Assembly: GCA_963711565.1 (NCBI GenBank)
Contig: CAVQEQ010000004.1
Location: 992,001-1,056,000, forward strand
DNA from: an uncultured delta proteobacterium
GTDB lineage: Bacteria > Desulfobacterota > Binatia > Binatales > Binataceae
Length of the DNA: 64,000 nt
Direction: 5' to 3'
In this document: one piece after another, positions 26,986-37,688 of the stretch
How positions within the stretch are numbered: the first letter of the stretch is position 1
Layout: the number at the start of each line of letters is the position of its first letter
Made by a program: the position numbers and the translations under genes
The notes under the pieces: model-generated
The model's database searches: none
What the model saw: the letters and a program-made list of their open reading frames with translations, nothing else
Told to the model about the DNA's origin: nothing

Positions 26986-28617
26986 TTAGATCTGCTCCGA
27001 AGGTTTTTGCAGCACGGTCGGATGCACGAATTCCGCGCCGCCCGTCTCGGGATGATCGATGTTGTAGTGCAGGCCGCGCGATTCGCGCCGGCTCATCGCC
27101 GAGCGCACGACCAGCTCGGCGACCTTCGCCAGGTTGCGCAGCTCGATCGTGTCGGCGTCGAGCAGATGGTCCCAGTAGTAGCTGTGAATCTCGTCCTTCA
27201 CCAGCTCGATTCGTCGCAGCGCGCGCTCGAGGCGCCGGTCGCTGCGCACGATGCCGACGTAGTTCCACATCAGGCGGCGAATCTCGTCCCAGCTCTGCGT
27301 GATCATCACGCGCTCCTCGCTGCGAATCGCGCGTCCGGGGTTCCATTCGGGAAACTCGGGCGGCGCACCACCGCGTGATATGACGATCTCTCGCGCCGAG
27401 TTGAATCCACGACGGCCCATCACGGCCGCTTCGAGCAGCGAGTTCGACGCGAGGCGGTTGGCGCCGTGCAGCCCGGTCATCGCAACTTCGCCGGCCGCGT
27501 ACAGGCGCGGAATCGAGGTGCGGCCGTCGAGGTCGGTCTGCACGCCGCCGCACATATAATGAGCGGCCGGCACGACCGGGATCGGGCCCTTGGTGAGGTC
27601 GTAGCCAAAGCTCAAGCATCGCTTGAAGATATTCGGGAAGCGCCGCTTGATGAAATTCGCCTCGCGATGGCTCAAATCCAGGTACACGAAATCGAGGCCG
27701 TGACGCTTCATCTCGGAATCGATCGCGCGCGCAACAACGTCGCGCGGCGCCAGCTCGGCGTCGGTATGGTAGCGCTTCATGAACGCGGTGCCGTCGGGCA
27801 ATTTCAGAATGGCGCCCTCGCCGCGCAGCGCCTCGGAAATCAGAAACGACTTGGCGGCGGGATGGTACAGGCAGGTCGGATGGAACTGGTAGAACTCGAG
27901 GTTCGCGACCGACGCGCCCGCGCGATATGCCATCGCGACGCCGTCGCCCGACGCGATGTCGGGATTGGTGGTGTAGAGATAAACCTTGCCGGCGCCGCCC
28001 GTCGCAAGCATCGTGGCGCGCGAAATCACTTTGCGGATTTCGTGCGTGTTGCGATCGAGCGCATAGACGCCCCAGCATGCGCCTGGCCGTCCGGCGCTGG
28101 GAGTCTCGACCAGCAGATTGATCGCGACGTGATTTTGCAGCGTGCGGATATTCGGGCGCGCGGCTGCGGCCTCGGTCAGCGCGCGCATTATCTCGCGGCC
28201 GGTGAGGTCTTGCGCATGCAGCACGCGACGATGGCTATGCCCGCCTTCCTGGCCGAGGTCGTATTCGAGTTCGTTGTCGTCGGTCCCCGTGTTCTCGACG
28301 CGCGTGAAGCGAGTGCCGAGCCGGATCAGCTCGCGCACCGCCTCGGGACCTTCGCGCACGATGGTCTCGACAGCGGCGCGATCGCACAGGCCCGCGCCTG
28401 CGCGGATGGTGTCGTCGATATGCGATTCGAACGAGTCGTCGACGCTCCACACGCTGGCGATGCCGCCCTGCGCGTACGCGGTGTTGGCCTCGGAGCTGCC
28501 GGCCTTGGTCAGCACGGTGACAGTGCCGACTTCGGACGCCTTGATGGCGAAGGTCAGGCCGGCGATGCCGCCGCCGATTACCAGGAAGTCGCTGAATAGT
28601 TGCGCGTTATGCCTCAT
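26986..28617 (-). CDS. nadB: L-aspartate oxidase
   Basis: GGGIAGL, YAQGGIA, EGGHSHRRVLH, QFHPT, LISEALRGEG, LAPRD, HY.CGG, GLHGANRLASNSLLE, ESRGLHY. Confidence 0.96.
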   Translation of the reverse strand: MRHNAQLFSDFLVIGGGIAGLTFAIKASEVGTVTVLTKAGSSEANTAYAQGGIASVWSVDDSFESHIDDTIRAGAGLCDRAAVETIVREGPEAVRELIRLGTRFTRVENTGTDDNELEYDLGQEGGHSHRRVLHAQDLTGREIMRALTEAAAARPNIRTLQNHVAINLLVETPSAGRPGACWGVYALDRNTHEIRKVISRATMLATGGAGKVYLYTTNPDIASGDGVAMAYRAGASVANLEFYQFHPTCLYHPAAKSFLISEALRGEGAILKLPDGTAFMKRYHTDAELAPRDVVARAIDSEMKRHGLDFVYLDLSHREANFIKRRFPNIFKRCLSFGYDLTKGPIPVVPAAHYMCGGVQTDLDGRTSIPRLYAAGEVAMTGLHGANRLASNSLLEAAVMGRRGFNSAREIVISRGGAPPEFPEWNPGRAIRSEERVMITQSWDEIRRLMWNYVGIVRSDRRLERALRRIELVKDEIHSYYWDHLLDADTIELRNLAKVAELVVRSAMSRRESRGLHYNIDHPETGGAEFVHPTVLQKPSEQI

Positions 28618-28783
28618 CAGGTTGGCCTCGTTGTGTCAATTTGACGCTACTAGGTCTGCGCGCGGCCAGTCAAGGCGATCGAGCTGCTGCGATTTGCCCC
28701 CTCTGAGCGATTCCAATATTCTTGATGGCGCGGATCGAAACGAAAAAACGCAAGATTCGTCTAGAGGCTGAGGGACCAATCCC

Positions 28784-29371
28784 GTGCCGATGACGCCGCC
28801 CAACATTGTCACGCTTTTCAGAATCGCACTCGCACCGGTGCTGATCTGGATCCTGATGCACACCGGGCCGGAGGCGTCGTGGATTGCGGCGGGCGTGTTC
28901 TTCATCGCGACGGTCAGCGATTTTTTCGACGGCTACCTGGCGCGCAGCTACGACTACGTCACCACGCTCGGCAAATTTCTCGATCCGATGGCCGACAAGC
29001 TGATCGTGACCACGGCGCTGATCATGCTCGCGGGGATGGCGCGCACGCCGCACGTGCCGGCGTGGATGGTGGTAGTTCTCGTGACGCGCGAAATAATGGT
29101 GACGGGGCTGCGCGCGGTCGCGGCGGCCGAGGGGCTGATCGTCGGCGCGGAGGAGCTCGGCAAGTACAAGATGACGCTGCAGTCGATCGCGATTCACGGT
29201 CTGCTGATTCATTACACGTACCTGCACGTCGATTTCTACGCGGCCGGGATGTTCATCCTGTGGCTCGCGATGGGCGTGAGCATGTGGTCGGGCGCCGACT
29301 ACTACGTGCGCGTGGTCTCGGCATTGCGGCCGAAGCCGGTGGCAGCGGCGGGCAAGCGCGCGGCGATTTGA
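28784..29371 (+). CDS. pgsA: CDP-diacylglycerol--glycerol-3-phosphate 3-phosphatidyltransferase
   Basis: PN.VT.FR, D..DG.LAR.....T.LGKFLDPMADKL, RE..V.GLR, GKYK. Confidence 0.95.
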   Translation: MPMTPPNIVTLFRIALAPVLIWILMHTGPEASWIAAGVFFIATVSDFFDGYLARSYDYVTTLGKFLDPMADKLIVTTALIMLAGMARTPHVPAWMVVVLVTREIMVTGLRAVAAAEGLIVGAEELGKYKMTLQSIAIHGLLIHYTYLHVDFYAAGMFILWLAMGVSMWSGADYYVRVVSALRPKPVAAAGKRAAI

Positions 29372-29396
29372 CAGCGGCGCTCGCGCCGGATAATCA
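29368..29396 (+). promoter_or_regulatory. Possible sigma70 promoter for tRNA-Gly
   Basis: TTGACA overlapping the pgsA stop, GATAAT 15 nt later (non-ideal spacing). Confidence 0.4.
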
Positions 29397-29423
29397 AGTG
29401 GATTCGATCTACCGGTTTGGAGA

Positions 29424-29499
29424 GCGGGTGTAGCTCAGTTGGTAGAGCGCGTGCTTGCCAAGCACGAGGTCGTCGGTTCGAAACCGATCACCCGCTCCA
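29424..29499 (+). tRNA. tRNA-Gly(GCC)
   Basis: GCGGGTGTAGCTCAG...CTTGCCAAG...TTCGAAA...CACCCGCTCCA. Confidence 0.97.
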
Positions 29500-29562
29500 G
29501 TTTCGAGGGTCCCAAGTCTCCCGCCCCTGCGTAGGTCCGCCGAAAAAGCACCGGAGCCGGAA

Positions 29563-30624
29563 ATGACAACCCGAATTGCGCTCGACAATTACGTCTACGA
29601 AGACATCTATCCCGCCTTCAAGGCGACGACTAACGAAAAACAGATCACCGCGAACATCAGTCAGGCGTTCCTGAACAATCTTGCACAGCAAAAGATGGTG
29701 CTCGAGGGCGAGACACCGGCGACCGTCGCGGATATCGGCTCCGGGCCGTGCGACACGATCGTCAAGTACCTGACTGGAGTTCGGTTCGCGCCGGGGTATG
29801 TTGTGCGCGCCACCGATTTTCTTCCCGAGTACGCTGATTCGGAGCATGGCGAGGCGCTCAAGCTGCTGGCGGAGGCGCAGGCAAAAAATACGATCAGGCT
29901 TGCGGGATTCTCGGCGCGCGCAGGCGATGCGTTCGCCGGGAAGTTGCTCGAACTGCTGACGGGGCCCGACGGTGCGAGCGCACGTGCCGCATTTCGGATC
30001 GTGTTTGCGTCGCATGTCATGTATCACGCCGACGGCATCGTCGATGTGCGCCGCACGATGGCGGACATCGCGAACAATTTACTTGCGCCTAACGGCATCT
30101 GCATCATGTTTCATCTCGCGAGCACACCGGGGACCTTCCAGGGCTATCGCGCGCGCTTTGGCAGCGAGAAGGGTTCCAGCCCCAGCGACACCGGCGCGGT
30201 AACAATCGACGACCCGCCAACCCAGATAGCAAAGGCGTGCGCCGACCTTGGCGTGCCGTTCCATCAGATGGATTTCACAACTAGCCTACGATTCGGGACG
30301 CTGGGCGACAGCGAATGGCGTGCGTTCAAAGATCCGAATTCGTACGACGCGTTGGCCGAGTCAAATCCCGGCGCTTATGAGGATCTCAAAAGGCTCTATT
30401 TCATAATTCAGCGCGCGCCGCGCGAGTTCGCCGCCGATCGCTCCAAGACCGGGTTGAATCAGTACATGGACGAGATGCGCGAGCTGCTCGAGCGCACCCG
30501 CGGCGTGCTCCCGCTCGCGGAGCGAATGCAAGTGTTTACGCGAGCCGATGCGCCACCTCCGTTGACCGCTGCGATCCCCGTCGCGATGGCATCGGCATCC
30601 GCTGCGGCACAGCAAGCCGTCTGA
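29563..30624 (+). CDS. Class I SAM-dependent methyltransferase-like protein
   Basis: VADIGSGP motif I, FRIVFASHVMYH, LLAPNGIC. Confidence 0.65.
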   Translation: MTTRIALDNYVYEDIYPAFKATTNEKQITANISQAFLNNLAQQKMVLEGETPATVADIGSGPCDTIVKYLTGVRFAPGYVVRATDFLPEYADSEHGEALKLLAEAQAKNTIRLAGFSARAGDAFAGKLLELLTGPDGASARAAFRIVFASHVMYHADGIVDVRRTMADIANNLLAPNGICIMFHLASTPGTFQGYRARFGSEKGSSPSDTGAVTIDDPPTQIAKACADLGVPFHQMDFTTSLRFGTLGDSEWRAFKDPNSYDALAESNPGAYEDLKRLYFIIQRAPREFAADRSKTGLNQYMDEMRELLERTRGVLPLAERMQVFTRADAPPPLTAAIPVAMASASAAAQQAV

Positions 30625-30635
30625 CCGAATCATCC

Positions 30636-30944
30636 TCACGTTGGAGGATTCCCCAGCGCGGCGGGGCCGCCGGGCGTTGTCTTCGAGTCCGATCGATCAA
30701 GCCATCGCACCGAAAAATACGCGCCGATCCACGAGCCTGCTGCCGCGAAGATTACGTATATCGAGTTGCCGGTGTAGCTGATTACGGCGAACGCCGACAG
30801 CAGGTACCATAGCGCGCTCCACGACGCTGCCCGCGACGGGCGGCGCGCCGTCACTGCTGCGTTGAACATTACATATACAGCGTCGGTTGCGGCCGTCGAC
30901 GCTACGACGCCTGCCGCGATCAGTGGACTCAGGTTGAGCGTCAT
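30636..30944 (-). CDS. Small membrane protein (3 TM)
   Basis: GGAGGAG RBS, hydrophobic segments, GSWIGAY. Confidence 0.65.
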   Translation of the reverse strand: MTLNLSPLIAAGVVASTAATDAVYVMFNAAVTARRPSRAASWSALWYLLSAFAVISYTGNSIYVIFAAAGSWIGAYFSVRWLDRSDSKTTPGGPAALGNPPT

Positions 30945-30968
30945 CGGCTCCTCCATCTGCGAAAGTTG

Positions 30969-31466
30969 CTAGCTCTTCTTTGACGCCTCGGCCGCTTTGA
31001 GGCGCGCGCTCGCGAGCGCGAATATTCCCCAGTTGCCGGTCTGCCACGAGAGGGTCAGCTTGCACGCGCGGATTTTCCATCCGGCGGGCGTGCGCACGAA
31101 GCGATTCGTGTAATACCCATACATGGTTTGTGTACTATCGCCGGCAGGGTTCGGTAAAAAATGCCGCGCCTGCACGTATGCGATGCAGGTCGCGTCGTCG
31201 CCGGCCACCGTGATCACGTGATTCGTGATCATATGCTGTGTCGCCTTGAGGCCGCTGAGCGAGCGCCGCGCCGCCTCGGTCCATCGGTCGGCGCTGACCT
31301 TGCGCGGCTCGCCGCCGAAGACCGAGGTGAAGTCGGTCTCGATTTCATCGGTGAAGCATGAGCGGAACAGCGGCCAGTCGCGCGAGTCCAGTCCGGTCGC
31401 ATAGCGCAACTGCACGTCGCTGATCTCCGCGCGGTCGAGCAGCAATTGAAGCCTGGCGTCGTCCAT
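30969..31466 (-). CDS. SnoaL-like / NTF2 family protein
   Basis: LLDRAEI....RYA.GLD.RDW, TQHMITN, G.Y..RFVRT..GWKI. Confidence 0.9.
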   Translation of the reverse strand: MDDARLQLLLDRAEISDVQLRYATGLDSRDWPLFRSCFTDEIETDFTSVFGGEPRKVSADRWTEAARRSLSGLKATQHMITNHVITVAGDDATCIAYVQARHFLPNPAGDSTQTMYGYYTNRFVRTPAGWKIRACKLTLSWQTGNWGIFALASARLKAAEASKKS

Positions 31467-31580
31467 GATGATTGTCTCCGTCGGAACATTCGTAGCGAAA
31501 ATTTCACTTCTTGCGTCTATCAACAAACCCCGGCCAGTGCGAGAATTTTGCAGGCTACGGCAACTCGAGGTCCTTTCTCC

Positions 31581-33947
31581 ATGGCAGAACCGCTCTCAGA
31601 CCAGCAGCTTTCTCTAATCGACGCGTACTGGCGAGCCTCCAACTACCTGACCGTCGGCCAAATCTACCTGATGGCGAATCCTCTACTGCGCGAGCCGCTG
31701 CGGCCCGAGCACATCAAGCCGCGTCTGCTTGGGCATTGGGGGACTTCGCCGGGGCAAAATTTTATCTACGTGCATCTGAACCGGCTGATTCGCGAGCGCG
31801 ACGCCAACATCATTTATATATCCGGTCCCGGCCACGGCGGACCGTCGGTCATGTCGCACACCTATCTCGAGGGTACGTACTCCGAGATTTATCCGCGGAT
31901 TTCCGAGGACGCCGAGGGTATGCGCCTCCTGTTTCGCCAATTCTCGTCGCCGGGCGGCGTGCCAAGTCATGCGGGCCCTCACGTGCCGGGGTCGATCAAC
32001 GAAGGCGGCGAGCTTGGATATTCGCTGGTGCATGCGTTCGGCGCGGCGTTCGACAATCCCGATCTGATTGTTGCGTGCGTGATCGGCGATGGCGAGGCGG
32101 AGACCGGGCCGCTCGAAGGTGGATGGAAAGGCGTAAAGTTTCTCAACCCGACGCGTGACGGCGCGGTGCTGCCGATCCTCCATCTGAACGGCTACAAAAT
32201 TTCCGGTCCCACCGTATTCGGCCGCGACGAGGACGAGGAATTGCGTCTCCTGCTCAAGGGCCATGGCTACGAGGTCCACTTTGTCGAGGGCGATAACCCG
32301 CCAAAGATGCATCGCGAGTTCGCGGCGACGCTCGACAAGTGCTACGCGGCGATTCGCGCGATTCAGACCGATGCGCGCGCAAACGGGCTTCGGAAGCGGC
32401 CGACGTGGCCGGCGATCGTCCTGCGATCGCTTAAGGGATGGACGGGGCCGAAGGTCGTTGACGGCGTGCAGATCGAAGGAACCTTCCGCGCCCATCAGGT
32501 GCCGCTTGCCGGCGTCAAGGAAAATCCCGAGCATTTGAAATTGCTCGAAAATTGGATGCGCAGTTACCGGCCCGAGGAATTGTTCGATCAACACGGACGA
32601 CTGAAGCCGGAGATTAAAGCGATCGCGCCAAAAGGAAATCGCCGGATGGGCGCGAATCCGCATGCCAACGGTGGAATCCTGACCGTCGCGCTCGACATCC
32701 CCTCGTTCACCAACTACGCGGTGAAGCTCGAGCAGCCCGGCAGCGTCAAGGTGGAATCGACGCGACCCTTCGGCAAGATGATGCGCGATATCTTCACGCG
32801 CAATGCCAAACAGCACAACTTCCGCCTGTTCTGTCCCGACGAAACCAACTCCAATCGCCTCGGCGACGTGTTCAACGTCGAGAACCGATGCTTGGTGAGC
32901 CGCGTCGAGAGCTACGACGATCACGTCTCGCACGACGGCCGCGTGATGGAAGTGCTGAGCGAGCATTGCCATCAGGGATGGCTCGAAGGCTACACGCTCA
33001 CCGGGCGTCACGGAGTCTTCGCGTCCTACGAGGCGTTCGCGATGATCGTCGATTCGATGGCGACGCAGCACGCGAAGTGGCTGCAGACTTGCCAGACCGA
33101 GTTGCCGTGGCGGCATCCGGTGCCGTCCTTGAACTACCTGCTCACTTCGACCTGCTGGCGCAACGATCACAACGGCTTCAGTCATCAGGGCCCCGGCTTC
33201 ATCGACACTCTGCTGACCAAGCGCGGCATCGTGTCGCGAATCTACCTGCCGCCCGACGCGAACTGCCTGCTGTCGGTCGCCGACCATTGTCTGCGCAGCC
33301 GCGACTACATCAACTTGATCGTGATCGACAAGCAGGAGCATCCGGTCTGGCTCGACATCGATGCTGCCCGCGAGCATTGTTCGCGCGGCGCGTCCGTATG
33401 GAAATGGGCCGGGAACGAAGGCGACAAGGATCCCGATCTCGTGCTCGCATGCGCCGGCGACGTGATGACGGAAGAGGCGATCGCGGCAGCGTGGTTGTTC
33501 CGCAAGTATCTTCCCGAGATGAAAATTCGAGTCGTGAACGTCGTCGATCTGATGACGCTGTTCCCGCCCGACCGTCATCCGCACGGCATGAGCGAGGACT
33601 ATTTTCTCGAGCTATTCACCCGCGACAAGGACGTAATCTTCGCCTTTCACGGCTACCCCGGCGAGGTTCATCAGCTCCTTCACGGTCGCCCAAATCCGGA
33701 TCGTTTTCACGTTCGCGGCTACGTCGAAGAAGGGACCACGACCACGCCGTTTGATATGTTGGTGCTGAACCAGGCGAGCCGCTATCACCTGTGCATCGAG
33801 GGTCTGCGCCGCGCGCCGCGCTACCAGGCGCGCGCGCGCGAACTGATCAAGATGACCGAGGCCGCGCTCGACGCGCATCGCAAATACATCGTCGAGCGTC
33901 TCGAAGACATGCCCGCGATTCGCAACTGGAAATGGACCCCGGATTAA
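31581..33947 (+). CDS. xfp: Xylulose-5-P/fructose-6-P phosphoketolase
   Basis: [58 protein letters not shown]. Confidence 0.96.
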   Translation: MAEPLSDQQLSLIDAYWRASNYLTVGQIYLMANPLLREPLRPEHIKPRLLGHWGTSPGQNFIYVHLNRLIRERDANIIYISGPGHGGPSVMSHTYLEGTYSEIYPRISEDAEGMRLLFRQFSSPGGVPSHAGPHVPGSINEGGELGYSLVHAFGAAFDNPDLIVACVIGDGEAETGPLEGGWKGVKFLNPTRDGAVLPILHLNGYKISGPTVFGRDEDEELRLLLKGHGYEVHFVEGDNPPKMHREFAATLDKCYAAIRAIQTDARANGLRKRPTWPAIVLRSLKGWTGPKVVDGVQIEGTFRAHQVPLAGVKENPEHLKLLENWMRSYRPEELFDQHGRLKPEIKAIAPKGNRRMGANPHANGGILTVALDIPSFTNYAVKLEQPGSVKVESTRPFGKMMRDIFTRNAKQHNFRLFCPDETNSNRLGDVFNVENRCLVSRVESYDDHVSHDGRVMEVLSEHCHQGWLEGYTLTGRHGVFASYEAFAMIVDSMATQHAKWLQTCQTELPWRHPVPSLNYLLTSTCWRNDHNGFSHQGPGFIDTLLTKRGIVSRIYLPPDANCLLSVADHCLRSRDYINLIVIDKQEHPVWLDIDAAREHCSRGASVWKWAGNEGDKDPDLVLACAGDVMTEEAIAAAWLFRKYLPEMKIRVVNVVDLMTLFPPDRHPHGMSEDYFLELFTRDKDVIFAFHGYPGEVHQLLHGRPNPDRFHVRGYVEEGTTTTPFDMLVLNQASRYHLCIEGLRRAPRYQARARELIKMTEAALDAHRKYIVERLEDMPAIRNWKWTPD

Positions 33948-33951
33948 TTCG

Positions 33952-35610
33952 ATGAAAGTAAGTCCGCTCGCCGGAAAACCTGTCGAACAAGCGCAGCTCG
34001 TCAACGTCCCGCGCTTGATCACCGCCTACTATAGTCTCGTGCCCGACGTCACGATTCCCGCGCAGCGAGTCTCATTCGGCACCTCGGGACATCGCGGCTC
34101 GGCGTTCGACGCGGCGTTCAACGAAGCGCACATCCTCGCCGTCAGTCAAGCCATTTGCCTCTATCGCAAAGGTCAAAATATCAGCGGCCCGCTCTACCTC
34201 GGGATGGACACGCACGCGCTTTCGGTTCCGGCGTTCGCCAGCGCGCTCGAAGTGCTGGCCGCGAACGGCGTCGAGACGATGGTGGATAGCGGCGAGGGCT
34301 ACACGCCGACGCCGGCCATTTCGCACGCAATCCTCACCTACAATCGTGGGCGCAAGAGCGGACTGGCCGATGGAATCGTGATTACGCCGTCGCACAATCC
34401 ACCGTCCGATGGCGGCTTCAAATACAATCCAGCCAACGGCGGCCCGGCCGATACGGCGATCACCGATTGGATTCAAAACAGGGCCAACGATTTTCTCAAG
34501 AACAAGCTAGCTGGTGTGGAGCGCGTTCCTTACGAGCGCGCGCTCACAGCGCCGACGCTGCACAAGCACGATTACATCGCCACCTACGTCGGCGACCTGG
34601 GCAACGTCGTTGACATGGAGAAGATTCGCAGCGCGGGCGTGCGGATCGGAATCGATCCGCTGGGCGGCGCCGCAGTGAACTATTGGCCCGCGGTGATCGC
34701 AAAGTACGGCATCAAGGCGACGGTCGTCAGCGACATCGTCGATCCGACATTTCGATTTATGACCGCCGACTGGGACGGCAAGATCAGGATGGATTGCTCG
34801 TCGCCGTACGCGATGGTGCGCCTGCTCGCGATGCGCGATCGATTCGACGTTGCATTCGCCAACGACACCGATGCCGACCGTCACGGGATTGTCACGCGCT
34901 CGAGCGGCTTGATGAATCCGAATCACTATCTCGCCGTCGCGATCTCGTACCTTTTTCCCAATCGCACGCGATGGCGCAAGGACGCTGCCGTCGGCAAGAC
35001 CGTGGTGAGCAGCAGCATGATCGATCGCGTCGCGGCGAGCCACGAGCGCAAGCTGATCGAGACTCCGGTCGGCTTCAAGTGGTTCGTAGACGGGCTGATC
35101 GACGGTTCGGTCGGATTTTGCGGCGAAGAAAGTGCGGGCGGCTCGTTTCTGCGCACCGACGGAACCGTCTGGACGACCGACAAGGACGGACTCATCCTCG
35201 GGCTGCTGGCCGCCGAGATGACGGCGCGCGAAGGGCGCGATCCCGGCTCGATTTACAACGACCTCACGAAGAAGTTCGGTGAGCCGGCCTACGAGCGGAT
35301 CGACGCGCCCGCAACGCTCGCGCAAAAAGAAATTCTAAAGAATCTGACCCCCGAGAAACTAAATGCGCGCGAACTCGCCGGCGAGAAAATTCTTAGCACA
35401 TTGACGGTCGCTCCCGGCAATCAAGCGGCCATCGGCGGAATCAAGGTGATCGCGAAGAGCGGATGGTTCGCGGCGCGGCCGTCCGGCACCGAAGAGGTCT
35501 ACAAGATTTACGCCGAGAGCTTCAAAGGCGAGGATCATCTGCACAAGATTCAGGCTGAAGCGCAGGAACTGATCGCGCAAGTCTTCAAGCGCGCCGAATC
35601 TGGCCACTAG
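33952..35610 (+). CDS. pgm: Phosphoglucomutase (alpha-D-glucose-1,6-bisphosphate dependent)
   Basis: [34 protein letters not shown]. Confidence 0.96.
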   Translation: MKVSPLAGKPVEQAQLVNVPRLITAYYSLVPDVTIPAQRVSFGTSGHRGSAFDAAFNEAHILAVSQAICLYRKGQNISGPLYLGMDTHALSVPAFASALEVLAANGVETMVDSGEGYTPTPAISHAILTYNRGRKSGLADGIVITPSHNPPSDGGFKYNPANGGPADTAITDWIQNRANDFLKNKLAGVERVPYERALTAPTLHKHDYIATYVGDLGNVVDMEKIRSAGVRIGIDPLGGAAVNYWPAVIAKYGIKATVVSDIVDPTFRFMTADWDGKIRMDCSSPYAMVRLLAMRDRFDVAFANDTDADRHGIVTRSSGLMNPNHYLAVAISYLFPNRTRWRKDAAVGKTVVSSSMIDRVAASHERKLIETPVGFKWFVDGLIDGSVGFCGEESAGGSFLRTDGTVWTTDKDGLILGLLAAEMTAREGRDPGSIYNDLTKKFGEPAYERIDAPATLAQKEILKNLTPEKLNARELAGEKILSTLTVAPGNQAAIGGIKVIAKSGWFAARPSGTEEVYKIYAESFKGEDHLHKIQAEAQELIAQVFKRAESGH

Positions 35611-35620
35611 GGAATCAGGC

Positions 35621-36799
35621 TTGCCGACTCCTCACACCGTCCTCTGCATCAACGTCGGTTCGTCGTCGTGCAAGTTCACCCTGTACTCGGTTTCCGGCGG
35701 CGCCGAATCCGTCGTGGCCGAAGGCGCGCTGGATCGAATCGGCGCGAGCGGCGGTAACCTTAAAATTCGCGACGCCAGCGGCCGCGCGCTCGCCGAATGG
35801 GATCGCGAATTCGCACGCCCGCAAGTTGCCGTCGATGCGATGTTCGAGGAGTTCGAGCGCTTGAAGTTGCCGCGTCTCGACGCCGTCGGTCATCGAATCG
35901 TTCACGGCGGCGCTGATCATGTCGCGCCCGAGCTCGTCACTCCCGCCTTGATCGCCGATCTGAAAAAGCTGATTCCGTTCGCACCGCTGCACATGCCGGG
36001 CGGTCTCGAGGGCATCGAGGCGGTCGCCGCACGTCATCCGAAACTTCCGCAGGTCGCATGCTTCGACACCGCGTTTCATCGCGGAATGCCCGAACGAGCC
36101 GAGCGTTTTCCCTTGCCGCGCAATCTGTTTGACGCCGGAGTACGCCGCTACGGCTTCCACGGAATCTCTTACGAGTACATCATGCACGCTCTGGGAGCCG
36201 GCGTGCCGCCGCGCCTGATAATCGCGCACCTAGGCAACGGCGCGAGCATGGCGGCGGTGGCAAACGGCCATCCTTGCGACACCACGATGGGCTTCACGCC
36301 GGCCGGTGGCTTCATGATGGGCACGCGGCCGGGTGATCTCGACCCCGGCGTGATTCTGTACCTGCTCAACCAGAAGGGCTACGACGCCGCGCAGCTCGAT
36401 CGACTCGTGAATCAGAAGTCCGGCTTGCTTGGAGTCTCGGGACTCAGTTCCAACGTCAAGACGTTGCTCGACGCGCGGCCCGCGAACGCGCATGCGGCAA
36501 TGGCGATTGAAATGTTCTGCTATCAGATCAGAAAATCAATTGGCGCATTGGCAGCCGCGCTCGGCGGAGTCGATCTGCTTGTCTTCACCGGCGGGATTGG
36601 CGAGCATGCCGCCGCGATCCGCGCGCAAGTCTGCGACGGGCTGGAGCATCTCGGGCTCGCGCTCGATCCGCGGCGGAACGACTCGAACGAAGACACTATC
36701 AGCATCGCCGACAGCCGATCCCGCGTGCGGGTCATCCCGACCAATGAAAACCTGATGGTCGCGCGGCACACGGTCCGGCTGGTATTTCCCGCCGCCTGA
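35621..36799 (+). CDS. ackA: Acetate kinase
   Basis: INVGSSS.K, GHRIVHGG, APLH, FDTAFH, RYGFHG.S, HLGNGAS, FTGGIGE. Confidence 0.93.
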   Translation: MPTPHTVLCINVGSSSCKFTLYSVSGGAESVVAEGALDRIGASGGNLKIRDASGRALAEWDREFARPQVAVDAMFEEFERLKLPRLDAVGHRIVHGGADHVAPELVTPALIADLKKLIPFAPLHMPGGLEGIEAVAARHPKLPQVACFDTAFHRGMPERAERFPLPRNLFDAGVRRYGFHGISYEYIMHALGAGVPPRLIIAHLGNGASMAAVANGHPCDTTMGFTPAGGFMMGTRPGDLDPGVILYLLNQKGYDAAQLDRLVNQKSGLLGVSGLSSNVKTLLDARPANAHAAMAIEMFCYQIRKSIGALAAALGGVDLLVFTGGIGEHAAAIRAQVCDGLEHLGLALDPRRNDSNEDTISIADSRSRVRVIPTNENLMVARHTVRLVFPAA

Positions 36800-36902
36800 A
36801 ATAATTGCTGGCCGCAAGGTCGCGCGCGGCGCTAGAATCAGGGGCGCAAATTTTTCAGCCGCGCAACCGTCGGTAGCAATATCCTGAAGAGGCAAACCTG
36901 CG

Positions 36903-37469
36903 ATGAAGCTTTATTTCGCACCGCAGACCAGAGCGATACGGCCGCTGATCATGCTCGAGGAACTCGAAGTGCCCTACGAAATTGTGCTGATTGATTTCAA
37001 AGGCGGCGAGCACAAGGGCGTCGAGTATCTGAAAATTCATCCGCACGGCCAACTGCCCGCGCTGCAGGACGGCACGCTCACGATGTTCGAGTCGGCTGCC
37101 ATCTGCGGGTACCTCGCCGACAAGTTCCCGGACAAGCGGATGGCGCCGGCACTCGGCACCGTCGAGCGCGGAATGTACTACCAGTGGATGTTCTATTCGA
37201 TGGCGGCGCTCGAAGCATACGCGCTCGATCGTGAACGGATGAAGCAGTGTTTCCTCGTCCTCGGTCGCGCGCTCAGCGGTCAAGAATTCATCGTGGGCGA
37301 CAAGATCACTGCGGCGGACGTGATGATCGGCTCGGGAGTTATATGGCTCGACGCGCGGCACCATCTGCTGAACGATTTCCCATCGCTCGAGGCCTACGCA
37401 CAGCGCTTGCTCGCAAGGCCCTCATTTCAGTGCGCATTCGCGGCGCCCGGAGAAAACGCGCGAAAGTGA
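36903..37469 (+). CDS. Glutathione S-transferase family protein
   Basis: LEELEVPY, HP.GQLPAL.DG..MFESAAI..YL, TAADV. Confidence 0.92.
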   Translation: MKLYFAPQTRAIRPLIMLEELEVPYEIVLIDFKGGEHKGVEYLKIHPHGQLPALQDGTLTMFESAAICGYLADKFPDKRMAPALGTVERGMYYQWMFYSMAALEAYALDRERMKQCFLVLGRALSGQEFIVGDKITAADVMIGSGVIWLDARHHLLNDFPSLEAYAQRLLARPSFQCAFAAPGENARK

Positions 37470-37588
37470 AATTCCGGGGACGTCAGATGAACCTATCGCT
37501 AAGAAGCGTCCAGGCAGACGTTTCAATTGATGCACTTTACCGCGCGTGATAATTGATTGGGTCCGGTCGCGACTGCGACTCGGCACGG

Positions 37589-37664
37589 GGCGGCGTACCC
37601 AAGTGGTTAAGGGAGAGGTCTGCAAAACCTCCATGCATCGGTTCGAATCCGATCGCCGCCTCCA
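37589..37664 (+). tRNA. tRNA-Cys(GCA)
   Basis: GGCGGCG acceptor, CTGCAAA loop, TTCGAAT, CGCCGCC-TCCA. Confidence 0.97.
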
Positions 37665-37688
37665 TCAATCCCAACAAATCGCGCGCGC

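Noticed and set aside
31683-33584. Long antisense or alternate-frame ORFs (also 1438-2604, 12279-13973, 49137-50618, 43213-44484)
   Set aside because: Shadows of high-GC genes with clear motifs on the other strand or frame; no recognisable domains.
37505-37555. Possible orphan pgsA tail or promoter copy before tRNA-Cys (TTGA..GATAAT with the same spacing as before tRNA-Gly)
   Set aside because: Translated similarity is too weak; shared promoter geometry is sufficient explanation.
29470-37590. Prophage or genomic island att duplication at tRNA-Gly, Cys or Phe
   Set aside because: No repeated tRNA 3' end and no integrase found by eye.
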